Under the pieces are notes generated by a model, which did not search any database, had not been told where the DNA came from, and saw nothing but the letters and a program-made list of their open reading frames with translations. DNA of 63,967 nt, counting the filler, from Diploschistes diacapsis (lineage: Eukaryota): assembly GCA_023645945.1 (NCBI GenBank). It is 4 parts of 4 records of this genome, joined end to end, with 100 filler letters (N's around TTAATTAATTAA, not from the genome) between each part and the next. Parts side by side here need not be neighbours in the genome. Positions count along the whole stretch, not along the records: positions 1 to 16,608 come from JALAIB010000497.1; positions 16,709 to 33,291 come from JALAIB010000498.1; 2 more parts are not named here. One strand, given 5' to 3'. The position numbers and the translations under genes were made by a program. Shown here piece by piece: positions 10,223 to 22,912 of the stretch (position 1 is the stretch's first letter; every line of letters starts with the position of its first letter).

Positions 10223-12656
10223 ATGGCGACGGAAGTTCTCACAGGCTTCAACGACTTTGTCCTATTTCCTCAGCAGCGGAACGACATCTATCCGAGCTTT
10301 CAGCTTCCCTTCGCCGACGGCAGCGTAGACCAACCCTACCAAGATATGGGTTCCAACTTCCCTCAAGGATTCACCAGCTTCGGCAACTACTACGAACCAT
10401 ACCATCAGGAGCATGTGCACCACAATGCTCCACGCTCACAGGCAGACGAGCATGCATACTCAAAAAACGTCGCGTCGGCATCTCCATCCATTTCCCTCTC
10501 TCAGTTCCTCGACCAGGCACCGTCAAACTTTTCCCACACCTCGGTAGCATCCGGTCAGAGCACAGCTTCGTCGGCGGTAGGTTCGCCTTACTCGCAACAT
10601 CAGAGCCTTCCTGCCGGTCAGGATCAGTGGAACGAGATGGGTCTTGGAATTGCTGGCACCCTAGCACCCACCGACATGTTCCCCGGCACCTACCAGCTTA
10701 CATCCACGGAGGCTGAAAGAGTCTTCGACGACAAGTTTGCCAGTACCTTTGTTGGTGAGTCCCCGCAGGTTTTTCAACACGTCAGCTCCGCGAGCTCGAC
10801 CATGTCTTCTGTTTCTTGTTCTTCCTTCTCAGAGGCATCTTCCGCCGAATTTCCTTTGACTGCTGTTTCTCCCGACTGGGGCAGCATTCCCACTTTCGAC
10901 GATTATTCTTTCGATAGGAGTCCAGCAGCCTGCAGGGGTTCGAGAGCGGCGAATGAAGTTGGCGGTGCAGGCACGCCCGCTTTTCAGCCTTCTCGATTTC
11001 CTGGCTCACAGCAGCATCGAGTTTCCCAAATTCATAATACTTTCTTTGCTCAGAGCAGTGGCAATTTTGTTGCTCCACTCGAGTCTTCCTGTTGGTTTTC
11101 CTTTGCACCTCGAATCCCTGGACGGGTTCATGCTTTAGATTGAAATTCGGTCTTATATTTTCCGTAGCGCTGGTTTTACTGGTATCTAACAGACCTTTCT
11201 CATAGATCCTACGCTCCTGTGCTCATTGGACCGACCCGCCCTGAACGCACCGGCCTCTCCATACCCAGCCTACATGCCAGCATCCTACTCGACTCCTTCG
11301 CACACGGTTCAGCCGCCCTCTCCGGCTCCTTCGGACGTCTCCAGCCATGGCTCTCACCGGAACTCTCTCGTATCAAGGACCCGGCACCCTTCGCCGTATC
11401 TGTACAACCCGTATCCAACCCCGACACAGAGCCGCATGGGCCGAAGAGGCTCCATCTCGAGTTCCCGGTTCTCCGTCGACAGCCCGAGATCGGTCAGCCT
11501 CGGGTTCGAAGAGGATGGCAAGGAGCGAGAGCGGTGTCCTCATCCCGAATGCGGTCGACCGTTCAAGGACCTCAAAGCCCACATGCTCACGCATCAGGCC
11601 GAGAGACCGGAGAAGTGCCCGATCGTGACGTGCGAGTACCACACAAAGGGCTTTGCCAGGAAATACGACCGTTGCCGTCACACCTTGACCCACTACAAGG
11701 GCACGATGGTGTGCGATTTCTGTCCGAACAGCGGCTCGGCTGCGGAGAAGAGTTTCAACCGTGCCGACGTCTTCAAGCGGCATCTCACTTCGGTCCATGG
11801 CGTCGAGCAGTCTCCTCCCAACAGCAGGAAGAAGGCCCCATCGGGCGCGAAGAAAGCTGGAAATATCGAGGCCAAGGTCGGCAAATGTTCGACTTGCTCA
11901 TCCACGTTCAGCAACGCACAGGAATTCTACGACCATCTCGACGAGTGCGTCCTCAAATTCCTGGATCAGGGAGAGCCCAGCGAGAGGGTCAACGAGCAGC
12001 GCCTCAAAGAAATCAACGAAGACCCAGACGTCAAAGAGACGCTCGAGAGGCACATGCTTCCAACGGAACTCGAGATGACGACGCGAGCGAACTTGGAAGC
12101 CGAAGAAGGGGACGAAGACGACGAGGGGGAGGGGGAGGAGGAGGAGGTCGACGCGGCGTGGATCGGCAACGCAGCCGCCAGCTCCCGTTCCGGCAAGGGC
12201 AGCATCGCGGCCAGGAAAGAGGATTCGAGCTGACAATCAGCACATCCCCGGGGTGTCGGATTGCACGTCGGGGGTGGCAACGCCGTCTCGAAACCCGGTC
12301 GGGCCTCTGGTGGGAACGGCCGCGGCTTGACCCGCTCCAAGGGAGGCATCCCCGTGATCGGCAAGGGTCGCAAGAAGAGAAAGCACTACCCCAGCTCCTG
12401 GGGCTGTGCGATCGACAAGATGAAGATGAAAAAGCGGGTCATGTGCGTGTACGACGGGCAGCGACGGCTGATGAAGGACGAGATGATGCTCGACAACGAG
12501 CACCAGGTTCGCATGAGCCTCGGACGGAATAGCAACGCCTACGTCACCGACCTCGACGTCCACTCCGTCGAGCGAGCCGATGCGCTGCACAACGCCACGG
12601 AGGAAGAGAAGGGGCCTTGGGAGCCGAACCACGAGGTGGGACGGCTAATGCTCTGA
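10223..12656 (+). CDS. C2H2 zinc-finger transcription factor with alternative 5' donors and an internal TGA (12231-12233)
   Basis: Fingers CPHPECGRPFKDLKAHMLTH, CPIVTCEYHTKGFARKYDRCRHTLTH, CDFCPNSG..KRHLTSVH and CSTCSSTF..HLDEC. Donors at 10755 (GTGAGT) or 11091 (GTTGGT) to acceptor 11205 (CTAAC..CATAG). The short form ends at 12233; the same frame stays open to 12656. Confidence 0.9.
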
Positions 12657-15580
12657 GGGGGGGGAGCAAAGCAAGAGGATGTGGTCCCAAACATGTACAT
12701 GTGCTGCTCCCATATGGTTTATGTTTTTTTTTCTTCTCCTTTCTGGCTTGTTTGGATCGAGAGATATCCCATTCTTCTGTTCTACTTTTATATCGAACCT
12801 GGGGGATGATTCTGCCATGATTGCCCGCACCACCACCTCGTATGATTGACGACGAGATAGGGAAGGAAGAGGGGCACGGAAGGAGCGAAATTTGATGCAC
12901 CATGCAGAGGGCAATGCAGCACGGAACTTGGTTGACGTCTTGTTTATTAGACTAGCGACATCTCGAAGCCGTGCGTGGCCTACTCAGACTGCGGGCCGCC
13001 GGGGGAGAGGCAGAGAGACAGGAGGCAGAGATAGAGAGACGAATGAATCTAGATGCTGGCCATCCAAGGTCCTAACCCACCCAACACAGACCCCTCCCAC
13101 CCCCCAGCTTGGCAAGGTGCATCATGCGCATGTTGATTGATCAAACGCAGCAGTTCTTTCCCCGTAGAAGTCGCGAAAATCATAAAAATGAAGACGGATA
13201 GAAAAACGGAAAAAGAACAGCTGAAACGCCCAACAGCTTCTGCTATCGGCCAATCTGGGCTGAGGAGAGGTAGATAATATACAGGGAAAGTCGTACTTGT
13301 GTAGTCAGTAGGTAGGTAGGTAGGTAGTTAGGTGGTGGTTTGTATTGCCACCACGTGCGCAGGCCGGCAAGTTAAGGGAGCGTCTATAGCCCAAGGAGAG
13401 GAGAGGAGGAGATGTGACGTTGAGCTGCAGTGTTGTTGTTGTTGTTGTTGTTGGTTTTCTTTTCTTTTTTTTTTCTTTTCTTTTTTCTTTGTTGCTGGTA
13501 ATGCAACGCTATTCTTTTAGCTTAAGGGGAGGAGGAGATGATGCTAATGTTGAATGGAGAACAACTCGAAGGGGAGATTGGCAGCGCGCGCTCAACCCCT
13601 CAAACGCGTTCAAGCTGTGTCTTTGGAGACAACAGACGGGGTCGAGCCTGATGCCCGATATATACACGTAGATACATATGCCAGACCAAATCGAGTTTTG
13701 TACCCACCCCGTTTTTATGGGCCTTGTAGATCCCCAACATTTAGGATGGCAAAACGTTGGTCTCGGACTCTCAGCCTCCCTTTTCTTTTCAATTGCCCAA
13801 GTGTGAGGACATTCTTTAGGCATCGGCTGCATTTGCTTCGTAGGGCTGGCTGGCTGGCGGCTCCTCAGACTCTGCGCATGGTGGCATGGTGAACTACTAG
13901 GTACCTAGTAATAGGTACCTAGTAATAGTTACCTACATCGTTGTAGATACGACCTTGCAATAGATGGTACTACTGGGACAAATTTTTATTATTCTTTTTC
14001 TGTCCATCAACAACAACCCAAACCGGCCTGGGTCGGGGCAATTGACGTGAATGCTGACATCTGAAGGTACCCAGAAAACCTTGCTTACTTGTAAGCTCAA
14101 CCCTTTTTTTTTCTCTTTCTTTTTTTTCTTTTCCATGCCCCTGGTTCGGGTGGCCATTGGCGGCTTACGCTGATGCCGACGCTGACTGACGCCCATTGCC
14201 ATTCTCTGCCTCTCGTTCGCTTTGTCCTTCGGCATCGTACCCTGGCCCTGGCTGCCTTTGTCTCTCTAAATTCTCACTCGCTCACTCACTCACTCACTCA
14301 CAAACAAGACAAGCACAGCCGGCTTCTCCAGCATCCGCTCAATCTACTTCTCACAGCAAGTACTGTGTACGTGCAGAGAACCAAAGACTACGAACCAAAG
14401 GAAATTGGTGGCCAAACGACGGAGATGAGCCTGTAACACGCCACATCTCGAGGCTGTTCGGATCTTCGGCCAAAAGAGTCGAAGAGAGACGGACGATCTG
14501 GCGGCGTGGACGGTATCGGTAGTTCGTGCAGGACATGAGGTTCGGACATGCATGCAACGATCTAGACTGCGGGTCAAAAGGTTAGAATCTCCTCTTCCCA
14601 CCCCATCTACCTAAGGTACGCCTCTAGAACCAGGCCCATACTACTACGACGCTTCGTCGAGCACAAGCAAGTCACAGCTGAGGCTCAAGCACGCGGTCCT
14701 GCGCAACCTGAAGTTTGTTGCCTACTCCGCTCACTGAGTTATCCCTATCCAGACAACAGAACCTCACCAACTCAACACCTGTGCATAACGGGAACATCAC
14801 ATGCGTAGTGTAATAATCTACTTGGCCGCTTCTTGACTACTCGACATTTAGTTGACACTGACCCCAGTGCCTGTATGTCCATCCAGAGGCAAGGGAAACC
14901 TCATTCGCCGAGCATCTCAATCTCTCAGCGTCATTTTAATTGGCCATGATCCCGGTAGAGGTCTCGCGGATGATGTGTACCTATACTGCTAGCGATGGTG
15001 TACGTTCCATGGTAAGGCGACTTCAAGTCAGGCGGTAAGTGTGCTGACTACTGGTAAAACAACCGTGAATCCTGCGATCCGTCACTGGGCCAGATGGTCA
15101 TTTCAATTGACTTGCTAAGTTGCCGGCGAGGCAGAAACAGACGGGGAAATGGGAAGAGAAGGTTCAGGCCGGGCATCTACGATTTATGCATTTACGTGGT
15201 GTCATTAAGGCGGCCTGGACGCTTCACCTCTGGAGTCCGGCGGTACGAAGGTTTTGATTGGTAAGGAGGTAGGGGAAGGGAGATGAAGTTGCGGGTGAAC
15301 TTCACAACCAGGAAGCTTGGGTTTGTTAGCGGAGGAGCTGTGACCTCGGTATGCGTGGTGTTGCATCGTGCTATGAATAGAGAGACTTTGAGTCCGCGCC
15401 AGCGAAATGCCAGAGACTTACGAAGTACCGTTATACTCAACCTTGGACATATTGGATGGTGCAAGCTTTTGTTTATATTAATCAACTGTCTGGTCTTTGA
15501 TGTGGGTTGTGGTGGCTTCGTGGACGCTTGTTCCATTGCTTGTGCTTAAAGTCTATAAAGTCTATCAATTACTGAAAGGT

Positions 15581-15619
15581 GCGAAAATGACGCGTTTCAC
15601 TTACTTACCGCGTCGCGTC
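15581..15619. promoter_or_regulatory. MCB (MluI cell-cycle box) cluster upstream of PRI2
   Basis: ACGCGT at 15590-15595 plus CGCGTCGCGT nearby and GCGAAA, about 200 nt before a DNA replication gene. This is the standard MBF-target arrangement. Confidence 0.65.
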
Positions 15620-15805
15620 TCCTCACCTCACCTTTACCCTACATCGCAATTACAGTGGATTCGTCTCAATAAGCGCAGAAGCTACAGCGCTGCCTCTAAT
15701 TCTCCCATTCCAGAAACCTCTATCAATCAACAATAACACCCTCGCCGTCTCACTCTCTCCCGCCTGCCGCCTTCACGGGCTCAATCTTCACAGTCCATTG
15801 CCACA

Positions 15806-16608
15806 ATGCTCCGCAGCGACTCCCACTCCCAGAACAGCCGCGTGGACGCGAAGCGGAGGAACATCAATGCGAGGCGCAAACAATTCGCAGACCCGACGTA
15901 CAAGCAGCAGGAGTATCCCTTTCGGCTGAACTTCTACGATGTGCCGCCCACGGCCGAGATCACGCTCGAGCAGTTCGAGCAGTGGGCTATTGATCGTTTG
16001 CGCGGTATGTCCTGTCACATCCCCGGTGCTTCTGTAGGCGGAGTAGGTACGACGAAGAAGTCAGAATGACAAAGCAGTGGATGATGTAGCTACTCCATTG
16101 GCGTGGATATGTGCACCTTCTCTACCGCGTTCCCCTATGCTGCGCTCTTCTCACTCGTTTCCCTTCCAAGACTCTTTCTCCATCCTCACATACAACACCG
16201 CCCTCCCACAGTGTCTCCTCAATTTGCAACGCTAACGCCCCGATCCAAGTCCTCGCCGAATTGGAATCCACCTCCCACCGCAACCTCTCGCCCGCCGAAG
16301 CCTCCCTCCACATGCAGCCCGTCATCTCCAAGTACCTCCCCCTCTCCTCCAACTCCTCCACCTCCCAAGGCTTCTCGGACCCTCTACTCCGCTCCCAGCG
16401 CCAAAAGGACCACTACTCCCACTTCATCCTCCGCCTAGCCTTTTCCTCCACCGAAGAACTCCGGCGCAGATTCGCCCGGGTGGAGCGGGAGCTGTTCAGG
16501 CTGCGATGGAAGGACGACGACGGGCGGGAGCGGAGGGAGTGGATCGCGACCCAGGAGTGGGAGTGGGAGGCCGTGGGCGAGGCCGAGCGGAGGGAGCTGA
16601 AAGAACAG
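15806..16608 (+). CDS. PRI2: DNA primase large subunit, 3' truncated by the spacer
   Basis: YPFRLNFYDVPPTAEITLEQFEQWAIDRLR, intron 16005-16249, then VLAELE..RQKDHYSHFILRLAFSSTEELRRRF. Confidence 0.93.
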
Positions 16609-16708
16609 NNNNNNNNNNNNNNNNNNNNNNNNNNNNNNNNNNNNNNNNNNNNTTAATTAATTAANNNNNNNNNNNNNNNNNNNNNNNNNNNNNNNNNNNN
16701 NNNNNNNN
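16609..16708. other. Artificial contig-joining spacer
   Basis: 44 N + TTAATTAATTAA (stops in all six frames) + 44 N. Confidence 0.98.
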
Positions 16709-17598
16709 TCCATGGATGGGGGGGAATCCGAGCAATCGAATGGGTCGTTCTCGGAGATAATAGTATTTGTAGGATTTTCACTGAGAGTCTCTGCGAGCAG
16801 GGGGTGGGGCAGATGCACGCATGCTTTTTTTTTCCTTTTTTCTTTCTACTTAGTAGGTGTGTATTATTACTACTTGAAGTGTAAAAGATGGAAGAAGACC
16901 CATCACGATCTACCACACGATTATCTACATTATTATCTATATTATCAAGGAGAAAAAAAAGAAAAGCATCCAATTCTTCACGCGCAGAAAGAAACATCCC
17001 GCCGGTCAATAAATATATATACGAATAAAAAAGCTATCAGTAAGCGAAAAAAAAAGTTATTCGCAAATAATTTCTTTATCCGTTGACAAAAATGCCATCC
17101 GTAACAGAAGCCCGATCATCCAATGAACGCGCAATCAAGCAAGCATGTCGAACGAACGTCCCCTGCGTCCTCGCCCGCCCCCCTCGTAACTCTCGTACTC
17201 GTTGTTAATATTATTATAACCAAACCGGTGGTCCAAAGTATCCAAGCAACCAAGCGAAGCAACCAAGCAGATAATTCTCGCCGGCTCGCGGAGCCAAGCT
17301 ACAACAACCCGCTTCTCCGTAAGCTAGTAGCCAGCTACCCCAGCAGCGCATCAGCATCACGATGCACGCGTGCAAGCAAAACGTCGCGTCGCGCTTCAAT
17401 CCTACAGTATCCTATCTTATCGTGAATATCGTGGGCCCCCCCTCCCTTGTTGCGGCCTGGCTACGGCCAGTATGCCTCCCGTCGCCGCCCCGCCGGCCGC
17501 TGGCCGCTCCCGAGCCTCTCAGCTCCGACTCCCCTCCGGCCCCGAGCCCTTCCTGGCTCGGACCGTTCGCCCCGGCCTTTCCACCCCGCGGGCTCGCC

Positions 17599-19228
17599 TC
17601 AGCGCTTCTGCCACAGCCCGCCCTGCGTCTGCTGGATCCTCCGCTCCTGCGCGCGGATCATCTCCTCCGTCTGGCCCTTGCCGTGGCCCTGGCCGTCGAT
17701 GTCCATCTCGTCGCCCCCCTGGTGCACGAACCGCTCACCCGGCTCGCCCTCTACCTCCATCTTGTCGCCGCGGTCCACGTTTGCAGTTCCATACCCGCTC
17801 ACCTCTGCGCCCCGATTTCCGTTTCCGTTCCCATTCCCGTTTCCACCCACCCCGGCCCCATTTCCACCGAAACCCGGCCCTGGACCCGCACCCATCCTCG
17901 CCTGCGCCGCGCTGCTAATCCCACTCAGCTGCACCGGCGGCGCCGCCACCGCCTGCTGCCTCTCCGGATTCCTGCTCGCAGCCCCATTCATCATGCCGTG
18001 CGCGCCGCCCTCCCTGAGCTTATTGATAGCGCGTATAGTATCGATAGCGGCATGCAGGGTGCGGCGGGCATTGAAGTTCTTCTTAACGACAGGCAGCAGA
18101 TCCTCGCCCGTGCCGCTGGCGCCGGCGTCGGCGCCCGCCGCAGAGGGGTTGATCCAGGCGTGCTCGAGGGCACGGTGGGCGGTCATGCGCTCCTTGGGGT
18201 CGACGGTCAGGCAGCACTTGATGAACTGGCGGGCCGTGTTGCTGACCCCGCGCCAGTACTCGAGCGGGGTGAAGGAGTAGTCGGCGACGAGAATGGCTTG
18301 CATTTCTTCGAGGTTCGATTCGCGGTCGAAGGGCGTGTAGCCGCAGAGGAGAAAGTAGGTTATTACGCCGATGGCCCAGACGTCGCTGTTGGGCAGTTAG
18401 TGGGGGAGGAGGAGGAGGAGGGTGAATTAAGGGTAGAGGAGGAGAAAGATACATAGACAGAGAGGGGAAGAGGAGTTGGTATACGGAGAAAGAAGGAAAG
18501 CGTGGCCCGTCTACGTACACTGGCTTGCCGTGGCCCGTCTTCCTGAATATCTCTGGCGCCATATAGCCCGGCGTACCGCAGGTCGTTGTCAACACGTGGA
18601 AGGCTTCCTCGTCCATGATTCTCGACAAACCAAAATCGGCGATAAGGAGGTCGGCGTTGTCTTCCGGGGTCCTGAACAAAAGGTTCTCAGGTTTCAGATC
18701 TCGATGCACGATGCCATGATCGTGGAGATACGCAACAGCGGAGAGTGTCGCCCGGATGAGCTCGGCCGCGTCAGATTCGTAGTAGCTGCCCTTTCTGCAT
18801 ATCCGGTCGAACAGCTCGCCGCCTAGGGCAAGATCTGTGACAAGATAGACTAGAAGGGAATTTAGTACATGCGCGGTTCCCCGACACCTTGCAGGCCAGA
18901 CTGACGGTTGTTCATGGTCTCGAAGTAGTCGACGAGGGTCAGAATGTTCCTATGGCCAACCGAGACCCTCTTCAGCACGGCAATCTCGTTCCTGACCTGC
19001 AATCGGTTCTAAGCTTCTGATGCCATGCCCCGGCTCGTCGTGCTGTTTTCCACCTACCATGTGCTCGCGCCCGGCCATCATCCTCTTGTTGATGACCTTG
19101 GCCGCATAGTAGTGACCAGTGTCGATGTGCACGCATTCCTTCACCACCGAGTACGATCCCGCGCCCAGCGTCTTGCCCGTTTTGTATCGGCATGGTTGGA
19201 TCTGAGGCTTCTGGCCCGGCGCAGCCAT
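17599..19228 (-). CDS. cmkB: Calcium/calmodulin-dependent protein kinase (CaMKI type), 4 exons
   Basis: QPCRYKTGKTLGAGSYSVV, HRDLKPEN, DFG, TCGTPGYMAPE and CaM-binding FNARRTLHAAIDTIRAINKL. Three GT-AG introns. Confidence 0.92.
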
Positions 19229-19834
19229 GGCGCCTCAGATGCTGCTTCTCTCGGAATCGCTGGCGGGCTGGAGGCTAGATCTATACCAATTGCGAAAGAA
19301 AAGACTCGTAATATAAAGTTGTCCGGAGAAAGTCAGCAGCAGTGCATATATTATTGCGGGCGCCTAAGTTGAGAGTATGGGGTCTGCGAAGGATGCGGGA
19401 GTAAGCGGTGTTGAAGATGTTACGGCAATGCGAGGTATGTGTTCTAACTGGATCGAAAAGACGCGGTGAATTTTCGATAAGTTTTCTCTTCGAGAGACAG
19501 GAGCTGAATTCACGGTTGTTTCCAGATTAAAGCTGTTCAGACGTGGTAAGGATATATAGGGCGACCAGTTCGGTAGAGCGGGGTGGCTTGGATTCGCATG
19601 GGGTCGATGCAACCTAGAAGTTGAGGGTCACCATTGTTGGACGACTATCTTTCAGGACGATGTTTTAAACGACGAGTGAATGGCGCCCAAATATCCTCAT
19701 AAATCGTTACTCCTACTAGTAAATTGCAACGAACTTGTGACTATAGGGGTAGATCACTCGTTTTCCGTATCCCAACGCCTCCCAGGGTATCTCTAAATGC
19801 TGCATCCCAATCCGATATATCTCCCTCCAAAATA

Positions 19835-20983
<1,149 letters not shown>

Positions 20984-21954
20984 TTACTTCGAAGAAGGCG
21001 AATATCCAGTAGTCTACCTGTTCCATCACTCTCTGGCCATACAGGAGCTTGAGAGTAGCTTCAGACCAATCATAATATATTAAATATTCTTGGGATACTT
21101 GAAGCTCTTTCTGAAATTTAAATCTTTATGTCCTCATTGACCCGATGCATTTTTTCCTCTCGTACTCTTGTATGTCATCAAGTGGCGGAGGAGGTTAATT
21201 TTGCCTGCTTTGGCCTGCATTTCTATTGTCAAGCGTTCTTCTACTCCACCTGTCTTGAAGCTTTTGCCCCGGAAGTATTGAAGCCACAACGCTTTGCCCG
21301 GAATGAGGCAAGAGACTCCTCTCACTTATCGAATATACAGCCGGCATCCCCCTCTCTCCGTGTCCTGCTTCGACCTCGTCTGTCACACATTACGGAGCAC
21401 TTTCGGAGCGAAAAGTCGTGAAGAGTTTCTAGGAACGTCCGTTGGGAAATCATACCAACAAGCACGCGGCCTCCCATGGGCGCCTCAGATTAAGTGGAAG
21501 TGTTGCATCCCAAATGCTGCTTTACGTACTCGAAATGATATTGAGGCCCGAGGAACTTCGTCGATTCTCAATCTGGACAGAACAAGGATTTTTTCCCACT
21601 TTCACGAGCCCAGTGCATGCAGAATAGTCTATAAATGACGTTTCGATCCTGCAAGATGCACACTATATGTCCCATTGGTGTCTGCACATCTACTTCTCGT
21701 TTCGATAATTGCCCGTGGCGTGGTAAATCCATGATCGATGGATTCGGCCAGACGCACCCCCTCATTGAGGTAGTATCTCTGTGGGTATGGGTGTCCTACG
21801 GAAGGAAGCTAAGAAGGTAGCAAGAGTTCTCTTCAGCTGGCGCTATATCGCTATATTTCCTGTTTTGTTTGCTCGTCTTGCAGTAGTTTTCCGTACCCAG
21901 TCCGCCACGCGAAAGCTGAGTCGCTGACACGACTTATATTGCATACAATAGGAA

Positions 21955-22005
21955 CAGTACAGTACAGTGCAGTGCAGTGCAGTGCAGTAACAGTAACAGT
22001 AACAA
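21955..22005. repeat. (CAGTA/CAGTG/CAGTAA)n microsatellite
   Basis: Directly visible tandem units. Confidence 0.85.
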
Positions 22006-22447
22006 GTAATGTCCTGTTCGGGCCCAGCTGTCGTACCTGCCTCCCTACCTCCCTATACGAGGCATGGCTATTAATGCAGCTGCTTGCTGTGGGATACGAG
22101 CCTGTCAGCCAGCCTGTCAGCCAGCCAGCGCCTTCCCGCGCTGTTTTTCATGCCGGAAGGAAGTAGTTGGGTGTCACTGATGGACCCCTGCCACGACCCA
22201 GGCTCTCAAATCCTTCCCATAAACAATTCAATCCTCAAAATATAAATTTCCTTCTCCGTTCCGTTTCTTGTGCATTTACCTTCAAGCGTTCATTGCGTTA
22301 TAGCTCCCTGATTTCCTTGCTTCCTGTATCACACACTCATCGCCGTCAATCTCACGTCAGAACTTCCCTCTACCGAATCGTATTCAGACGTCATACCACA
22401 ACCAAAAACTCTTCCCACTACAAGACCTACGTCTCCAGGACAGCAAG

Positions 22448-22912
22448 ATGCTTCTCGAATCCATCACATCCCTAGCTCTCCTCGCCGCTTCCGCCACCTC
22501 TTCTCCTCTCCTCCGCCGCGCCGGTGGGCCGGCGATTGTTCCCATCCCTCCCAACTGCTCCGTCAAATGCTCCGCTCCAACCTATCCGACCGACGCCTTC
22601 AAGCCCACAGACGCCTTCGCCGCCGCTCACGGCGTCTTCTCGAGCTATCTGACCAGCGACAGCGTGTACAACGTGTCAAAGACGTACAACACCTGCCTAG
22701 AACAGTGCTTCGGCTTCGGAAACCCAGGGCAGTGCGTCAGCACCCTATTTGCGAGTAATGTTACGTACTCGGCGTATGGCGTGACGAACACGGGCTATGC
22801 GTGCTTGATGTTTGGTGTGCCGCTTGAGGGGGATGATCTCGTGGCGGTGACGGATGGAAGTTATGCAGGGGCACGGGGAACAAACATTGGGTGCAAGCGG
22901 TCCGGGTCGTGA
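22448..22912 (+). CDS. Small secreted cysteine-rich protein (154 aa)
   Basis: Signal peptide MLLESITSLALLAASATS, Kex2-like LLRR, 7 Cys including CLEQC..C..CLMF. TATAAA near 22241, CT-rich leader, coding-like GC3. Confidence 0.85.
   Translation: MLLESITSLALLAASATSSPLLRRAGGPAIVPIPPNCSVKCSAPTYPTDAFKPTDAFAAAHGVFSSYLTSDSVYNVSKTYNTCLEQCFGFGNPGQCVSTLFASNVTYSAYGVTNTGYACLMFGVPLEGDDLVAVTDGSYAGARGTNIGCKRSGS

Noticed and set aside
11219..12532. 437-aa overlapping ORF in the C2H2 gene spanning the TGA
   Set aside because: An Arg-rich alternate-frame product expected from high GC3. It has a non-ATG start and no recognisable motifs.
16653..16664. TTAATTAATTAA as a piggyBac TTAA target or biological repeat
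   Set aside because: It is identical in all three gaps and centred in N runs, so it is a synthetic six-frame-stop linker.
17362..18456. Long plus-strand ORFs (364, 277 and 182 aa)
   Set aside because: Antisense shadows of the GC-rich cmkB coding sequence, with low-complexity Pro/Arg translations.
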